DNA of 49,250 nucleotides from a virus. Its lineage: Duplodnaviria; Caudoviricetes. Location: the IMG/VR virus record IMGVR_UViG_3300031892_000002, positions 1 through 49,250 of that record. One strand, given 5' to 3'. This document shows positions 8,264 to 18,256 of this stretch, one piece after another. The first letter of the stretch is position 1. Each line of letters starts with the position of its first letter. A model generated the notes under the pieces. It had not been told where the DNA came from. It was given only the letters and a program-made list of their open reading frames with translations, and did not search any database. The translations under genes were made by a program, and so were the position numbers.

Positions 8264-8826
8264 GTCGCCACCATCCTGTAGATCCCGAACTGCGCCGTCT
8301 GGTACGTGACGTTCCCCGCACCCGGCTGGTACTGCACCATGTCCACAATGTCCCCCGGCGAGCAGAACACCGGAGTCACACTGTTGTTCCGGATCTGCGT
8401 ACCGGCCGCGGCGTTCGGCTGGATCGTCTCAGCCCGGAACACCGACCCGTTCAGCCGGAACCCCAATCGGTGGACGCCGTTCGGCGCCGCTGTCGAAGCT
8501 GCCGTACCGGTGATCCAGTACAGGCCGGCGGACGGGATGACGAACTGGGCGTTCGTCGCATCGCAGATACCGCCGATGTTCGCGAGGATCGTCGTGAGCT
8601 GCGTGAACTTGAAGAACGCTGACGGGCCTAGAGCCTCCGCGGCCGTCAGCGACAGCAACCCGAGAGGCGGGTTCAGCTCGGCGGTGGCCTGCGCGTTGAT
8701 GGACGTGATGTCGTCATCGACGAGTTCGGCCAGGGCCTTCAACTGCGCCGGCAGGTCCGCCTTGTCCTTGACGTAGGGAGGGTCACATTCCGGGTACGGG
8801 TACCCGTGGTCCGCTGTGGCCTTCAC
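8260..8826 (-). CDS. minor tail protein, paralog 3
   Basis: PYP...PAQLKALAELVD N-terminus; AGLYWI beta domain. Confidence 0.72.
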   Translation of the reverse strand: MKATADHGYPYPECDPPYVKDKADLPAQLKALAELVDDDITSINAQATAELNPPLGLLSLTAAEALGPSAFFKFTQLTTILANIGGICDATNAQFVIPSAGLYWITGTAASTAAPNGVHRLGFRLNGSVFRAETIQPNAAAGTQIRNNSVTPVFCSPGDIVDMVQYQPGAGNVTYQTAQFGIYRMVAT

Positions 8827-9917
8827 TAGTCCACCTCCGACGTGGGAACCGCAGACGCACGCCCCTGCAACTGCATCGACCCGGACACCAGCGGATACGT
8901 GATCCTGTCCAGCACCTGCACAGCCTGCAGACCCCGATATTTGATCAACGCCACGTCACCCGGTTCCAGGCTGTGGTCGGGCACCATGTCGACGGTCCAC
9001 TGTTCCGTCAGAGCGATCGACGCGGCGAGCTGCGCCTGCGCAAGTTTCGTTGCCTCCGCCACTGCCAGAGGAGTCTGAACCTTGATCAGCTGAGATACCT
9101 TGCCGTACGGGCCACCGAATTGGGTCGGCGACGACGGCCCGACGTCCCGGACCGTCACCCGAACCGGATCCGTGCCGTCCATCCGCTCCGAGATCACCGT
9201 GATGCTGTTCGCGGTCCCTTCCCGGGTCACACGGCGCGTGGCACGGGCGTTGACCCCGCCGGATTCGTCAGCGATCGTCACCGTCGGCACAGCGTTGCTG
9301 TACGGGTAGCGGCGCACCACGAACGATCCGTCACCGAGTGCGTACCAGCGGCCCTGAACAGCCTGCGCGAGATCGTCCAGCGCTTTGCCGCGGTCCTGGT
9401 CCCACACGAGGAACGGCACCTGCGCGTCCACGACGTCGTTGGCCCCGAACGTCGGAGACGCGATCGCTTCGGAGATCAGCCGCTGGATCTCCTCCACGAT
9501 CGTGTTCGACGTCTGCGATGTCTCCGGCGCTTCGAACTGGAAACCGATGACATCCGCGGCGAGATCCTCGGCCTGAACCGTCACACCGCCGTCCGGGCCC
9601 CGTTCCAGGTCCCACACACGACCGGTGAAGATCGGGAAAATCTCCCGAGACCCGTCCGGGTATCCGATCCCGCACGACAGGCGAATCACCGCCGTATACG
9701 GCGACAGGACATCCGCCGGATCCACCCCGAACAGCGCCGGGTCGACCGTCACCGTAGCCGTACGCGTTACCCGGGACGTCAAAGACGCCTGAACCTGCCC
9801 ATCCACCACAGCCTGGTTGTCCGCCACCCGCACGCCGCCGTGGAACACCTCAAGCCGGCACTCGCGTCGCCACGGGTTCGGCAACGCCTGCCGGTACAGG
9901 GCCGTCGTCGGCAGCAT
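8826..9917 (-). CDS. minor tail / baseplate hub protein (DUF5047-like)
   Basis: Position after the Dit-like gene; GI.YPDG..E...FTG and LEPGDV motifs. Confidence 0.75.
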   Translation of the reverse strand: MLPTTALYRQALPNPWRRECRLEVFHGGVRVADNQAVVDGQVQASLTSRVTRTATVTVDPALFGVDPADVLSPYTAVIRLSCGIGYPDGSREIFPIFTGRVWDLERGPDGGVTVQAEDLAADVIGFQFEAPETSQTSNTIVEEIQRLISEAIASPTFGANDVVDAQVPFLVWDQDRGKALDDLAQAVQGRWYALGDGSFVVRRYPYSNAVPTVTIADESGGVNARATRRVTREGTANSITVISERMDGTDPVRVTVRDVGPSSPTQFGGPYGKVSQLIKVQTPLAVAEATKLAQAQLAASIALTEQWTVDMVPDHSLEPGDVALIKYRGLQAVQVLDRITYPLVSGSMQLQGRASAVPTSEVD

Positions 9918-10546
9918 CAGGAGATACCGCCGAAGAAAGCGATGTTGACCGGTGTGATCGTGGCAGGGGTGATGGACGCTGGCGTCGCCGTCTGGCCGGC
10001 ACCGAAGCTGCCGAAGCGGGACGTTGCCGCAGTCGTCTTCGAGTTCACCGACGCTGCGGACGATGCCCGGGTCAGCTGCGGCGGCGTCGTTCCGTTCGGA
10101 AGAATCCCGATCCAGTAGTACCCCGCGGCGAGGTTCTGCGGGACCGTCAGCGCCATCGTCTTGTGCCCGGTCGACGTCCACACCGCGGACTGGTCCGCCG
10201 TCACCGCGAGCCGCGTGCCTGCTGTGTTGTACAGGGCCGCGAAGTTCTGGCCTGCGGTCAGCGTCACACCGGCCGTGCCGACACCGATCTCGATGTTCGA
10301 CACCAGAACCGTCGTCGCGGCCTTCGCCCGAACCGCCACCCGGATCAGCGTCATCGCACCCGCGGTCAGGATCGACGAGTTCACCGCCAACGCAGGGTCG
10401 ATCGACCACGCCACGTAGGACTGGTCGGACGGCATCCACTCGCCGTCCGCCACCGGGTTGATGTTGATCTGGTCCTGCAGATCGTTCAGAGCAGCGTTGA
10501 GGGGAATGTCCCAGTTCGCCTGCCCGTGGGTAGGTGTGGTGACCAT
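9917..10546 (-). CDS. minor tail protein
   Basis: P..G..NWD.PLNAAL N-terminus; beta-rich; in the tail module. Confidence 0.7.
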   Translation of the reverse strand: MVTTPTHGQANWDIPLNAALNDLQDQININPVADGEWMPSDQSYVAWSIDPALAVNSSILTAGAMTLIRVAVRAKAATTVLVSNIEIGVGTAGVTLTAGQNFAALYNTAGTRLAVTADQSAVWTSTGHKTMALTVPQNLAAGYYWIGILPNGTTPPQLTRASSAASVNSKTTAATSRFGSFGAGQTATPASITPATITPVNIAFFGGIS

Positions 10547-10549
10547 CGT

Positions 10550-11479
10550 CTAGCCTCCGTAAGGTCCGTCGCCATAGGCACCGAATCCGTAACCGCCGAC
10601 CGGAACAGGTGCCGCAAGCCCCTGCTGAACCTGGTCCCACGTGAGCCCGGTCGCGGTGAAGCTCGCCCACGTCGGGAAAGTGTCCTTGACCAGACACCAG
10701 TTGTTCTGCACCGTCCCCTGCGCCGGACCAATCGGCGCATCGACAACCGTCAACGGTGCCGGCCACAACCGGAACGGCTGCCGCAGATCCCCACTCATCC
10801 GCTGCTCGCCGACGTCACCGGGCTGGTAGTACCGGTCAGGCCACCCGAACAGCGGATCCAGCTGCAGGAAGATCGGTCCGCCCCACGCGTAGAACGTCTC
10901 CACGGACTCCCGCGCGGCCAGCGTGACCGTGGCGATCTGCCACGACGTCCCCGGATCCTTGCGGTACGCGTACGCGTCCGCCGGCCGGGACCGGTTCAGG
11001 ATCGGGAACAGGGTGGCGTCCGCCGCGCGGGTCTGATCCCCGAGACCCCCGTACACGAGGAACAGCGCCGGCTCCTCAGGTTGCGGACACAGCACAGCGT
11101 CCACTGGGTTCTTCACGCACTGCGAGATCTGCAGGTCCGCCCACGGCCGCGCCGGATCCTTCATCCACGACACACCCGAAGCAACGGTGATCGTCACCGG
11201 GCCGGCCAGCGTCACCGTGCCCAGGTTGTTCGTCGACCGGTACCGGAGTGGCGTGTTCAGGGGCGCCTCAGTGTCGAACAGGTACCCGACACGGTTGCCC
11301 GCCCCCGGCGCCGGTCCGACGAGAGTCAGCGGGTTCCCGCCACGCACTGTTGTCCACGTCATGCCTCCGTCGTCGGACCGCTCGACCGTCGCGGTCAGCG
11401 AACCGGTTGCGGAGAACTCCGTGCGCAGCAGAACCGCCGCATACGGGTCCTGCACAGTCGCGGTGAGGAGATCAGCCAC
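10550..11479 (-). CDS. distal-tail-like minor tail protein
   Basis: First gene after the tape measure; DTEAPLN....Y and W.KDP.RP motifs; GGAGG RBS. Confidence 0.75.
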   Translation of the reverse strand: MADLLTATVQDPYAAVLLRTEFSATGSLTATVERSDDGGMTWTTVRGGNPLTLVGPAPGAGNRVGYLFDTEAPLNTPLRYRSTNNLGTVTLAGPVTITVASGVSWMKDPARPWADLQISQCVKNPVDAVLCPQPEEPALFLVYGGLGDQTRAADATLFPILNRSRPADAYAYRKDPGTSWQIATVTLAARESVETFYAWGGPIFLQLDPLFGWPDRYYQPGDVGEQRMSGDLRQPFRLWPAPLTVVDAPIGPAQGTVQNNWCLVKDTFPTWASFTATGLTWDQVQQGLAAPVPVGGYGFGAYGDGPYGG

Positions 11480-11483
11480 CGCT

Positions 11484-14123
11484 CTACCTCCTCGTTCCGA
11501 AGGACAGTTGCCGGCCTGCACGGTTGCTGGCCAGGGTGACTCTGGTGTCCACGATGTCGGTGATCTCCCTGTCGCCGACGAATACCTGCGCGAGGATCTG
11601 CGGGGCCTGCTGGCTCAGTTGTGGAGCGTTCGCGGCGAACTGGTCGCCGGCGCCACCGATCGCGAACGGCGATCCCACCGCCGGCCGTACCGTTCCACCG
11701 GACATGCCGGCAATCATGCCGGTGACCGAGGTGAGTTCACTGCCGAGGACGCCGCGCTGCGACTGGATCCCGGCGATCAGGCCTTGCATGATTGCCTGTC
11801 CGGCGCCGACGAGTAGCGTACGGTCCTTCTCGATGGGCCCCTTGTGGTCGCGGATGTAGTCCGTGACACCGCCGAGGACGTCTCCCAGGTGGGAGATCTC
11901 CTGCTGGATACCGCGGATCAGGGACCGGATGATGTCCCCGCCGATGCGGAGCATGTCCCCGGCGAGGCCGCCGAGGGCCTGCGTCACCTTGTACGGGAGC
12001 AGAAACAGTTCCCGGGCGACCTCGGAGACCAGGCCGATCAGGACGTCCTTGACGCTGCCGAGAGCACCCCGGAAGTCGCCGTCGATGAACTGGGAGACGG
12101 CCCGGAGCGCGGGGATCACGACGGTACGCAGAACCTGCGCAAGCTCGTCGGCGAAGATCCCGGCGAGCCTGCCGACAAGTTGGATCAGCGGTTCGAGGAG
12201 CGGAAGCAGGTCGGTCAGGAGTTGACCTGCGAGGTCGGCGATCTGGGTGAGGATCGGGGTCAGCGCGTCGAACACATCGAGGAGCGCTCCCTGTAGGGTC
12301 TCGAACGCGGGGGCGAGCTCGCCGAGCAATTCGATCGCGACAGGGAAAAGCTTTTCCGCGAGCGTCGCATAGGCGCCGAGAATCGGCTCAAGAATTCCGG
12401 GTAGCTTTTCGAGAATCGGAACGAGGAAAGACGTCAGCAAATCGGCGAATTTCTGCACCAATGGCGCCTGTGCGGCGAATACCCTGGCCAGCGAATCGAA
12501 CAAAGGAGTGAGCACGGGCAGGATCGCGGCGATCAACGTACCCGCCGCAGTGATCAGCGGGGCGAACGCGATCGCCAGTTTCGACACCGCACCCGCCAGC
12601 GACACCAGAACCGGGGCAAGCGCGGCAATGATCTGGTTCAACGCCGGACCCAACGCCTTGAGGATCGCCGTCACGCCCGGCTCCAAAGCGATGATCACAC
12701 CGCCCAGAGCCGAGAACGCCGTACCCAGCAGCGGCAGAGCCTGAGACGTCAACGTATTCAACACACCGAACAACGCCTGAAACGCGCGCTGCGCCTCATC
12801 CGTCGCCGTGATATCCGCCAGAGCCTTCGACACCCTCTCCAAGATCCCAATAACGCCGTTGAACCCTTCGGCCGTCGACGTCACATTGGCGAACACCGTG
12901 CCGAGATTACCGATCGTCCTGAAAAGGGCACCGATCTGGCTGATCGCCGAATCGATCGCCTTCTCAAGGTTCCCCGACTCGAACGCCCCCGTCAGCTGAT
13001 CACCGAGATCCGACAACTTCCCCGCCGCGGCCTTCGTCAACCGGTCGAACGCCGGACCGGCAGCCACCGCCAGCTGGCCAAGTGCCTTGACCGCGACACC
13101 AGGCAGATCAGACAGGTTCCCCAACGCCTTCGAAGCGCCGTCCAACGCCTTACCCAGCATCCCGTTCCGACCCAGTTCACTCGCCGCGGACGCCCCCGAC
13201 AGGGCCATCGCGTTGAACTGTTTCGCCACCCCCACCAGACCGGTCTTCACCGACGGCAGGACATCGGTCGACAGGCCCTTCAACACCCCGTCCAGGCCGG
13301 CAAACACCTCGTTCTGCACGGACTGCTGCAGGTCCTTGAACGCCGGCTGCAACCTCTGAACCTGCTTCGCGAACTTCTGCGCCTCCGGAGACAGCTTCTT
13401 CAACGCCTCATCGAATTTCTCCGGGTCCGAAGGATCCAGCGCCGCCGTCACCGCATCCTCGACACCGACCATCGCCAGCTTCAACACGCCTGCGGCAGAT
13501 GCCACTGTCAGGATGGCGGGCGCAGCCAGCGCCGCGGCCGGCGCCACAAGCTTCAACGTCGACACCAGAGCGAATGCCCCCTGCGCCGCTCCCGCGAAGC
13601 CGAGCAGTCCGGTTCCCAGCGACGACACCGGCCCCAGAGCGCCGCGGGCCGCGTTCCCGATCCCGGAAAAGTCCCGGACGGCACGCTCCAAGCTGTCGTT
13701 GTCGATCGTCGTCTCGATCTCGATCGGAGGCGCCACCAATTCGGCTACCTCGACCGCGGTCTCGACCGCTGCCACAGTCTCCTCAACGATCTGGTCTTCG
13801 TCGACACCGATGCGGATCTGCTCCCGGGCGCCACGCAGGCTCTGCGCCACCACCTGCAGCTGGTGCTGGATCCGGGCCCGCGTGTTCGGGTCCAGTTCTG
13901 CGTTGACGTTGACGGCCTGCGCGGCGTTCCCGACCGCCTCAAGATCGGCGTTCACATACCGCAACAGGTCGTCCGCGGTACCGGACGCCAACGCCATGTC
14001 GATCTGAACCTCGTCGATCGACTCCTCGACGAAGGCGATCTCACGGTTCAGATCCCGCTCGATCTGCGCACCCGTGCGCGACGTATCACCCACGATGTCA
14101 ACGAACGCGAGACCGATAGCCAT
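11484..14123 (-). CDS. tape measure protein
   Basis: 879 aa, Ala/Leu-rich amphipathic repeats, KGP..KD..LL..AG..IM.G C-terminal motif; follows the chaperones. Confidence 0.92.
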   Translation of the reverse strand: MAIGLAFVDIVGDTSRTGAQIERDLNREIAFVEESIDEVQIDMALASGTADDLLRYVNADLEAVGNAAQAVNVNAELDPNTRARIQHQLQVVAQSLRGAREQIRIGVDEDQIVEETVAAVETAVEVAELVAPPIEIETTIDNDSLERAVRDFSGIGNAARGALGPVSSLGTGLLGFAGAAQGAFALVSTLKLVAPAAALAAPAILTVASAAGVLKLAMVGVEDAVTAALDPSDPEKFDEALKKLSPEAQKFAKQVQRLQPAFKDLQQSVQNEVFAGLDGVLKGLSTDVLPSVKTGLVGVAKQFNAMALSGASAASELGRNGMLGKALDGASKALGNLSDLPGVAVKALGQLAVAAGPAFDRLTKAAAGKLSDLGDQLTGAFESGNLEKAIDSAISQIGALFRTIGNLGTVFANVTSTAEGFNGVIGILERVSKALADITATDEAQRAFQALFGVLNTLTSQALPLLGTAFSALGGVIIALEPGVTAILKALGPALNQIIAALAPVLVSLAGAVSKLAIAFAPLITAAGTLIAAILPVLTPLFDSLARVFAAQAPLVQKFADLLTSFLVPILEKLPGILEPILGAYATLAEKLFPVAIELLGELAPAFETLQGALLDVFDALTPILTQIADLAGQLLTDLLPLLEPLIQLVGRLAGIFADELAQVLRTVVIPALRAVSQFIDGDFRGALGSVKDVLIGLVSEVARELFLLPYKVTQALGGLAGDMLRIGGDIIRSLIRGIQQEISHLGDVLGGVTDYIRDHKGPIEKDRTLLVGAGQAIMQGLIAGIQSQRGVLGSELTSVTGMIAGMSGGTVRPAVGSPFAIGGAGDQFAANAPQLSQQAPQILAQVFVGDREITDIVDTRVTLASNRAGRQLSFGTRR

Positions 14124-14146
14124 GTGATCAGGCTACCGGTACCCGG

Positions 14147-14644
14147 TCAGAACTGAACGGCATCGAATCCGCGAAGGTCCCGCACACTCCCACCAGGAGG
14201 AATCCTCAGATCAGCCTCGAACTGCATACGCTTCATCTCGTCCAGGCGCGGCAACACGTACGCCACGACGGCCGTGCACCACAGACCGATCGTCACCCGG
14301 TCCGGCCAGATCCCTTCCAACGCCAGAGCAGAAACGATCTGACCCTCTTGCGCAGCCGAGTACGCCACCAACCGGACCACCTCCCACCACGGGCGTCCGG
14401 CAGCCTCCGCAATCGCCGAACGGGCCCCGTCGGCGATGTCAGCCATGGTCACCTGGCACGACACCAACGCATCGGCGAGCTCATCCCGATCCGTCTGGCC
14501 GACCATCCCGGGAATCACAGTGTCCAGCCGCTGCCCCTCCAGAGCGATGAGCCAATCGTCTGCCCACCCGGGCTGCACAGTGACCCGCAGAGGGCCGACA
14601 GCGACCCTGACCTCCCGAGGCCGCAGGATCGCTGCGAGACTCAC
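14147..14644 (-). CDS. tail assembly chaperone (second ORF)
   Basis: Position immediately before the TMP; GTGA overlap. Confidence 0.65.
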   Translation of the reverse strand: MSLAAILRPREVRVAVGPLRVTVQPGWADDWLIALEGQRLDTVIPGMVGQTDRDELADALVSCQVTMADIADGARSAIAEAAGRPWWEVVRLVAYSAAQEGQIVSALALEGIWPDRVTIGLWCTAVVAYVLPRLDEMKRMQFEADLRIPPGGSVRDLRGFDAVQF

Positions 14645-15000
14645 CGGGCGTGCTTCCCCGATGCCGTCTTGGCAGCGGCGCGCTTCGCCGTTCGCTTAGC
14701 CGGCGTCTTCTTCGGTTCCGGCTCTTCCTCGCTGTTCACGGTCTTCACAAGTTCCCGGGCCACCGCCTCAAGGTGGCGATGGTCGTATCCGCCGGTGATG
14801 AACTCGGAGATGAAGTCCTTCCGGGCCTCTTCGTCCTTGATCAGGTGAATGATCAACTTCGTCGTCAGGACAATCGACGACCCCTCGGAGATCCCCCCCG
14901 AAGCGATCATCGTCAAGGCCATGACCTGACCCGCCGTCGGCTGACTGACCGGCCACTCACGACCGGCAATGGTGATCTTACGGTTCTGGTTCGCGTCCAT
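14641..15000 (-). CDS. tail assembly chaperone (first ORF)
   Basis: Position; basic low-complexity C-terminus. Confidence 0.6.
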   Translation of the reverse strand: MDANQNRKITIAGREWPVSQPTAGQVMALTMIASGGISEGSSIVLTTKLIIHLIKDEEARKDFISEFITGGYDHRHLEAVARELVKTVNSEEEPEPKKTPAKRTAKRAAAKTASGKHAR

Positions 15001-15013
15001 GCGCCGATCGTAC

Positions 15014-15418
15014 CTACGTGACACGCACGTTGTACCCATTGCGGATACCCACCTGCTGCACGGCCTTCGCCATGAAATGCACACCCTTCGTACCCGGGTG
15101 ATGCACAACCTTCGCATACACGGTGCGACCGCCCACCTTGAACTTCAACACCTGCGCCCGACGCGGCCGGATCACATGCGGCCTGGTGCCGTTCTCCACG
15201 AACGTCGCATAGTTCACATCAGCCGCCACCCGCACCGTCGGACCACGGAACGTCACCCGCGGCTGCGCCGAGATCGACGCCCGCAACCGTCCCGTATCCA
15301 CCGGCGCCAACTGCTTCGCCCGAGCCTCCACCTCACGCGCCACCCGCGCCACATCACGCGAAGCGAAACGGTTCAGCTCAGCCCTCACCGCCCTCTGATC
15401 CAGCCGGATCGTCGCCAC
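15014..15418 (-). CDS. HK97-gp10-like neck/tail completion protein
   Basis: AK.LAPVDTG.LR.SI, YA.FVE.GT.PH.I and HPGT...FM motifs. Confidence 0.85.
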   Translation of the reverse strand: MATIRLDQRAVRAELNRFASRDVARVAREVEARAKQLAPVDTGRLRASISAQPRVTFRGPTVRVAADVNYATFVENGTRPHVIRPRRAQVLKFKVGGRTVYAKVVHHPGTKGVHFMAKAVQQVGIRNGYNVRVT

Positions 15419-15611
15419 CGTCCACCTCCGGCCCCTTCTTCAACTTCGGCTCACGAACCGAAGCAGCGACCGAAGAGGCCCTCTCCACAACCTCCCAGTA
15501 CCCGCCGGCAACCATGCCTCGGACACGCTCACTGTCGTCCAACCACACCTCGGTCCCGGCCTTCGCCTCAACCGTCGTCACAACCTGCCGCACCAACACC
15601 CTGTCAGCCAT
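15378..15611 (-). CDS. small hypothetical virion-module protein
   Basis: GAGGGG RBS; fills the gap in the operon. Confidence 0.6.
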   Translation of the reverse strand: MADRVLVRQVVTTVEAKAGTEVWLDDSERVRGMVAGGYWEVVERASSVAASVREPKLKKGPEVDGGDDPAGSEGGEG

Positions 15612-15626
15612 GGAATGCCCCTCTCA

Positions 15627-16148
15627 CTAGACGATGCAGCCACACGCATCGAGCTGAACCGACACACCCATGATCCCCCCAGTACAGCCACCCTCAGGGC
15701 CGAACGGCTGCCACTCCGTCGGCGCCATCAACCCCGATCCCTCCTTACCCGTCCGGAAGCAGCACAGCGCCTCCACCATCGCCCCCATGTCCGAGTAGGC
15801 CTGCTGCGCCGTGTTCTCCATCTGTACGCACGTAGGCCCGGCGTTCTGGTCACCGACCGGCGCGCAGCGGGCCACGCCCATCTCTAGGTTCACCTGCCAC
15901 ACCTTCACCCCGCACGCCTCGTACACGCCCTGCGCGGGAATCTGCGGCACAACACCGGCGAGGCGTACCGCGGCGAACCCGGAACAGCACCGGTCCTCCA
16001 CCAGACCGGCGGACAGGAACAGGCGGAAGTCCTCACCGTGAATGATGCACACCTCGGCAGGCGGATTCGGGCGTGGCGCGAGAGCCGTCTGAAGACACAC
16101 GTGGAGGGTGTCGACGAGACCGGCCACCTTGTCGTCGAACGCCATCAC
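15627..16148 (-). CDS. putative tail terminator / head-tail connector
   Basis: Position after the adaptor; GVARC.P and GP.GGC.G motifs. Confidence 0.6.
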   Translation of the reverse strand: MMAFDDKVAGLVDTLHVCLQTALAPRPNPPAEVCIIHGEDFRLFLSAGLVEDRCCSGFAAVRLAGVVPQIPAQGVYEACGVKVWQVNLEMGVARCAPVGDQNAGPTCVQMENTAQQAYSDMGAMVEALCCFRTGKEGSGLMAPTEWQPFGPEGGCTGGIMGVSVQLDACGCIV

Positions 16149-16975
16149 GACGTCCTCATCGACGGCGCCGGCAGGTCGTTGGAGATGACACGCGGCCTAC
16201 GCTGCAGCCCCCTCGGGTTCACCGACCGGATGAAAAGGTCGACCTCGGCGATTCCCGTGAGACCGTTCGTCAGGACGTCCGTCGGGTCGATCATCTCCAC
16301 CTGTACGCCGGTCCGGGTGATCGATGCGACGTTCGGAGGCAGCGCACAGTCCTGTCCCTGGCACGCCTTCAGGAACTCGCACGCCAACAGGCCGGCGGCG
16401 ATCTGCCCCGCTGCCGGAAGCGGAGTTCCCCGCAGGTAGGTGACCTCGAAGCTTCCCTCATCCGGAGACTCAAGGTTCATGTCCTGACACGTCGGCCAGC
16501 ACTGCCCGTTGATTCCGACCAGTCTGGTGCGGTTGTCGACCCGGTACATCGACGGGTCGATCAGGACCCCGTCGACTGTCACCGACACCACGCCGGCAAC
16601 CGGCCCAGGAAGCCACACCGAGCACCGCGGCTCGCACGAGCACGCACCCATGCATCCGCAGTTGAACCACGACCCGTCGCGAATGAACGGCGCCCACACC
16701 GAGCCGACACCGTCTGCCGTCACCGGGTAGGTCATCCACCCGCCGTAGAACGCGCAGTCCGTGCCACACGGACGAACCGTGACCTCACACGCCCCGAAGC
16801 GGCGCCCGGTCAGAGCCCACAGGATGTACGTCGCCCACGACGTCGCCCGGTCCCGTTGCGTGTTCGTCGCACTACCCCAGTCCGCGCAACACGTGGTGTC
16901 GATCGTCCAACCACACGGGGCAGTCGATCCGGTCGGCAACGGCGCGGGGGCCGGTACCGGGTTGATGACAGGCAT
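16145..16975 (-). CDS. head-to-tail adaptor
   Basis: LWALTGRRFG.C...RPC, WP.CQD and C.LP....ITR.GV...TGI.EVD.F...NP motifs of cluster-B-like adaptors. Confidence 0.8.
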   Translation of the reverse strand: MPVINPVPAPAPLPTGSTAPCGWTIDTTCCADWGSATNTQRDRATSWATYILWALTGRRFGACEVTVRPCGTDCAFYGGWMTYPVTADGVGSVWAPFIRDGSWFNCGCMGACSCEPRCSVWLPGPVAGVVSVTVDGVLIDPSMYRVDNRTRLVGINGQCWPTCQDMNLESPDEGSFEVTYLRGTPLPAAGQIAAGLLACEFLKACQGQDCALPPNVASITRTGVQVEMIDPTDVLTNGLTGIAEVDLFIRSVNPRGLQRRPRVISNDLPAPSMRTS

Positions 16976-16984
16976 CGCGCCTCC

Positions 16985-18241
16985 TTACGAGACGTTGAAC
17001 TTACCGGCGCGGACAAACGTCGCCTGCGCCGGATCAGACAAGTCCGTCGCAGTCTTCGTCACCACGATGTACCCGATCAGGGTACCGATGCCCTGATTGT
17101 CAGGGATCACCACGAAGTCCAGCGACCCCACGTTCTGCAGCGCGGTGGCCTGCGACGAGTAGATCGCCTGCCCGTACTGGATCAGTACCTGCGACCCTGC
17201 GTCACCCGTGCCGAACAGGTACACCCGCTGAATCGTCGAAGTCGACGCAGGTCCCGGAACCGGTGTGATCACCCCGCCGACGTCGTAGTTCGTCGGGTCG
17301 ATGAACGTCGTCACAGGGCTTTGGGAGCCGGACAGCTGAGTCGCGTAACCAAACTGAAGGGGCGACTCTGCCGGCGACGTCACATGATGCGGTGACTTCT
17401 TGTTGGACGCATACCCGAGAGACGGTGAGAACATCTCCCCCACCGACTTGTTGATCCGCAGGTTCACGCCGTTCGGTGACAGCTGGTTCCCCGACACGGA
17501 GAACGGGCCGAGGTCGAACATGACGTCGGCGACCTGTTCGGCAAGGTTGTCCAAGGGGACAGGGGCCGACTTGACGACGTTCAGAATCCCCGTGCCGATG
17601 TTGCCGCCGGTCGCACCGATCTGGATCCGGTTGCGGCGCTCCGTCGCCGTCGGAGTCGTCGCCTGCGCAGTGATCACCCCGAACTCGTCGACCATCCACC
17701 AGTTCACGGCACGCGTCGCCGGAACACCGACGATCGGTACGACCTGCGCAGGCATCGACACGAACTTCACCGACGGGTTCGCCGGATTCGTCACCGCATC
17801 GACGATGTACCCGGTGAGCGGCCCGAACGACAGCAGGTTCGTGCCCACGCCGGACATGGCACCGCCCGACACGAGACCGGTCGACAAGGTCTCCGCGAAG
17901 GCGTTCCCGACGTTGACGGTCGTCGCTCCGGTCACCACGACCAGATCGCCAGTGACCGTTCCACCCGACAGCGGAAGATACGGACCCGGAGCAGGCGTCG
18001 GAAGCGTCACATGGAACGTTTCCGTGTCGAGATGGATCCAGTAGTCTCCGGCCGGAGCGTAGAACGTGATGAACCCGGCGCCGTCAGTGACACCCGGGTT
18101 CGGGATCGGGATCGTTCCCGCAGCGTCGGCGAACAGCGGCGTGAACACGTTGCTGTTGTCCGGGAACACCTGGTACGCCATGTTCACGGCCAACACGGTG
18201 TCCGGTGTCCAGTACTGCTCGCTGTACAGCTCGAACGCCAC
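16985..18241 (-). CDS. virion accessory/fibre protein
   Basis: Ig-like N-terminus, YLPLSGGTVTG fibre motif, beta-rich. Confidence 0.65.
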   Translation of the reverse strand: MAFELYSEQYWTPDTVLAVNMAYQVFPDNSNVFTPLFADAAGTIPIPNPGVTDGAGFITFYAPAGDYWIHLDTETFHVTLPTPAPGPYLPLSGGTVTGDLVVVTGATTVNVGNAFAETLSTGLVSGGAMSGVGTNLLSFGPLTGYIVDAVTNPANPSVKFVSMPAQVVPIVGVPATRAVNWWMVDEFGVITAQATTPTATERRNRIQIGATGGNIGTGILNVVKSAPVPLDNLAEQVADVMFDLGPFSVSGNQLSPNGVNLRINKSVGEMFSPSLGYASNKKSPHHVTSPAESPLQFGYATQLSGSQSPVTTFIDPTNYDVGGVITPVPGPASTSTIQRVYLFGTGDAGSQVLIQYGQAIYSSQATALQNVGSLDFVVIPDNQGIGTLIGYIVVTKTATDLSDPAQATFVRAGKFNVS

Positions 18242-18256
18242 CGCAGCCCTCCTCTC

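Noticed and set aside
6413-8826. Diversity-generating retroelement acting on tail genes
   Set aside because: No reverse transcriptase and no near-identical template/variable repeat pair seen; the similarity is protein-level paralogy.
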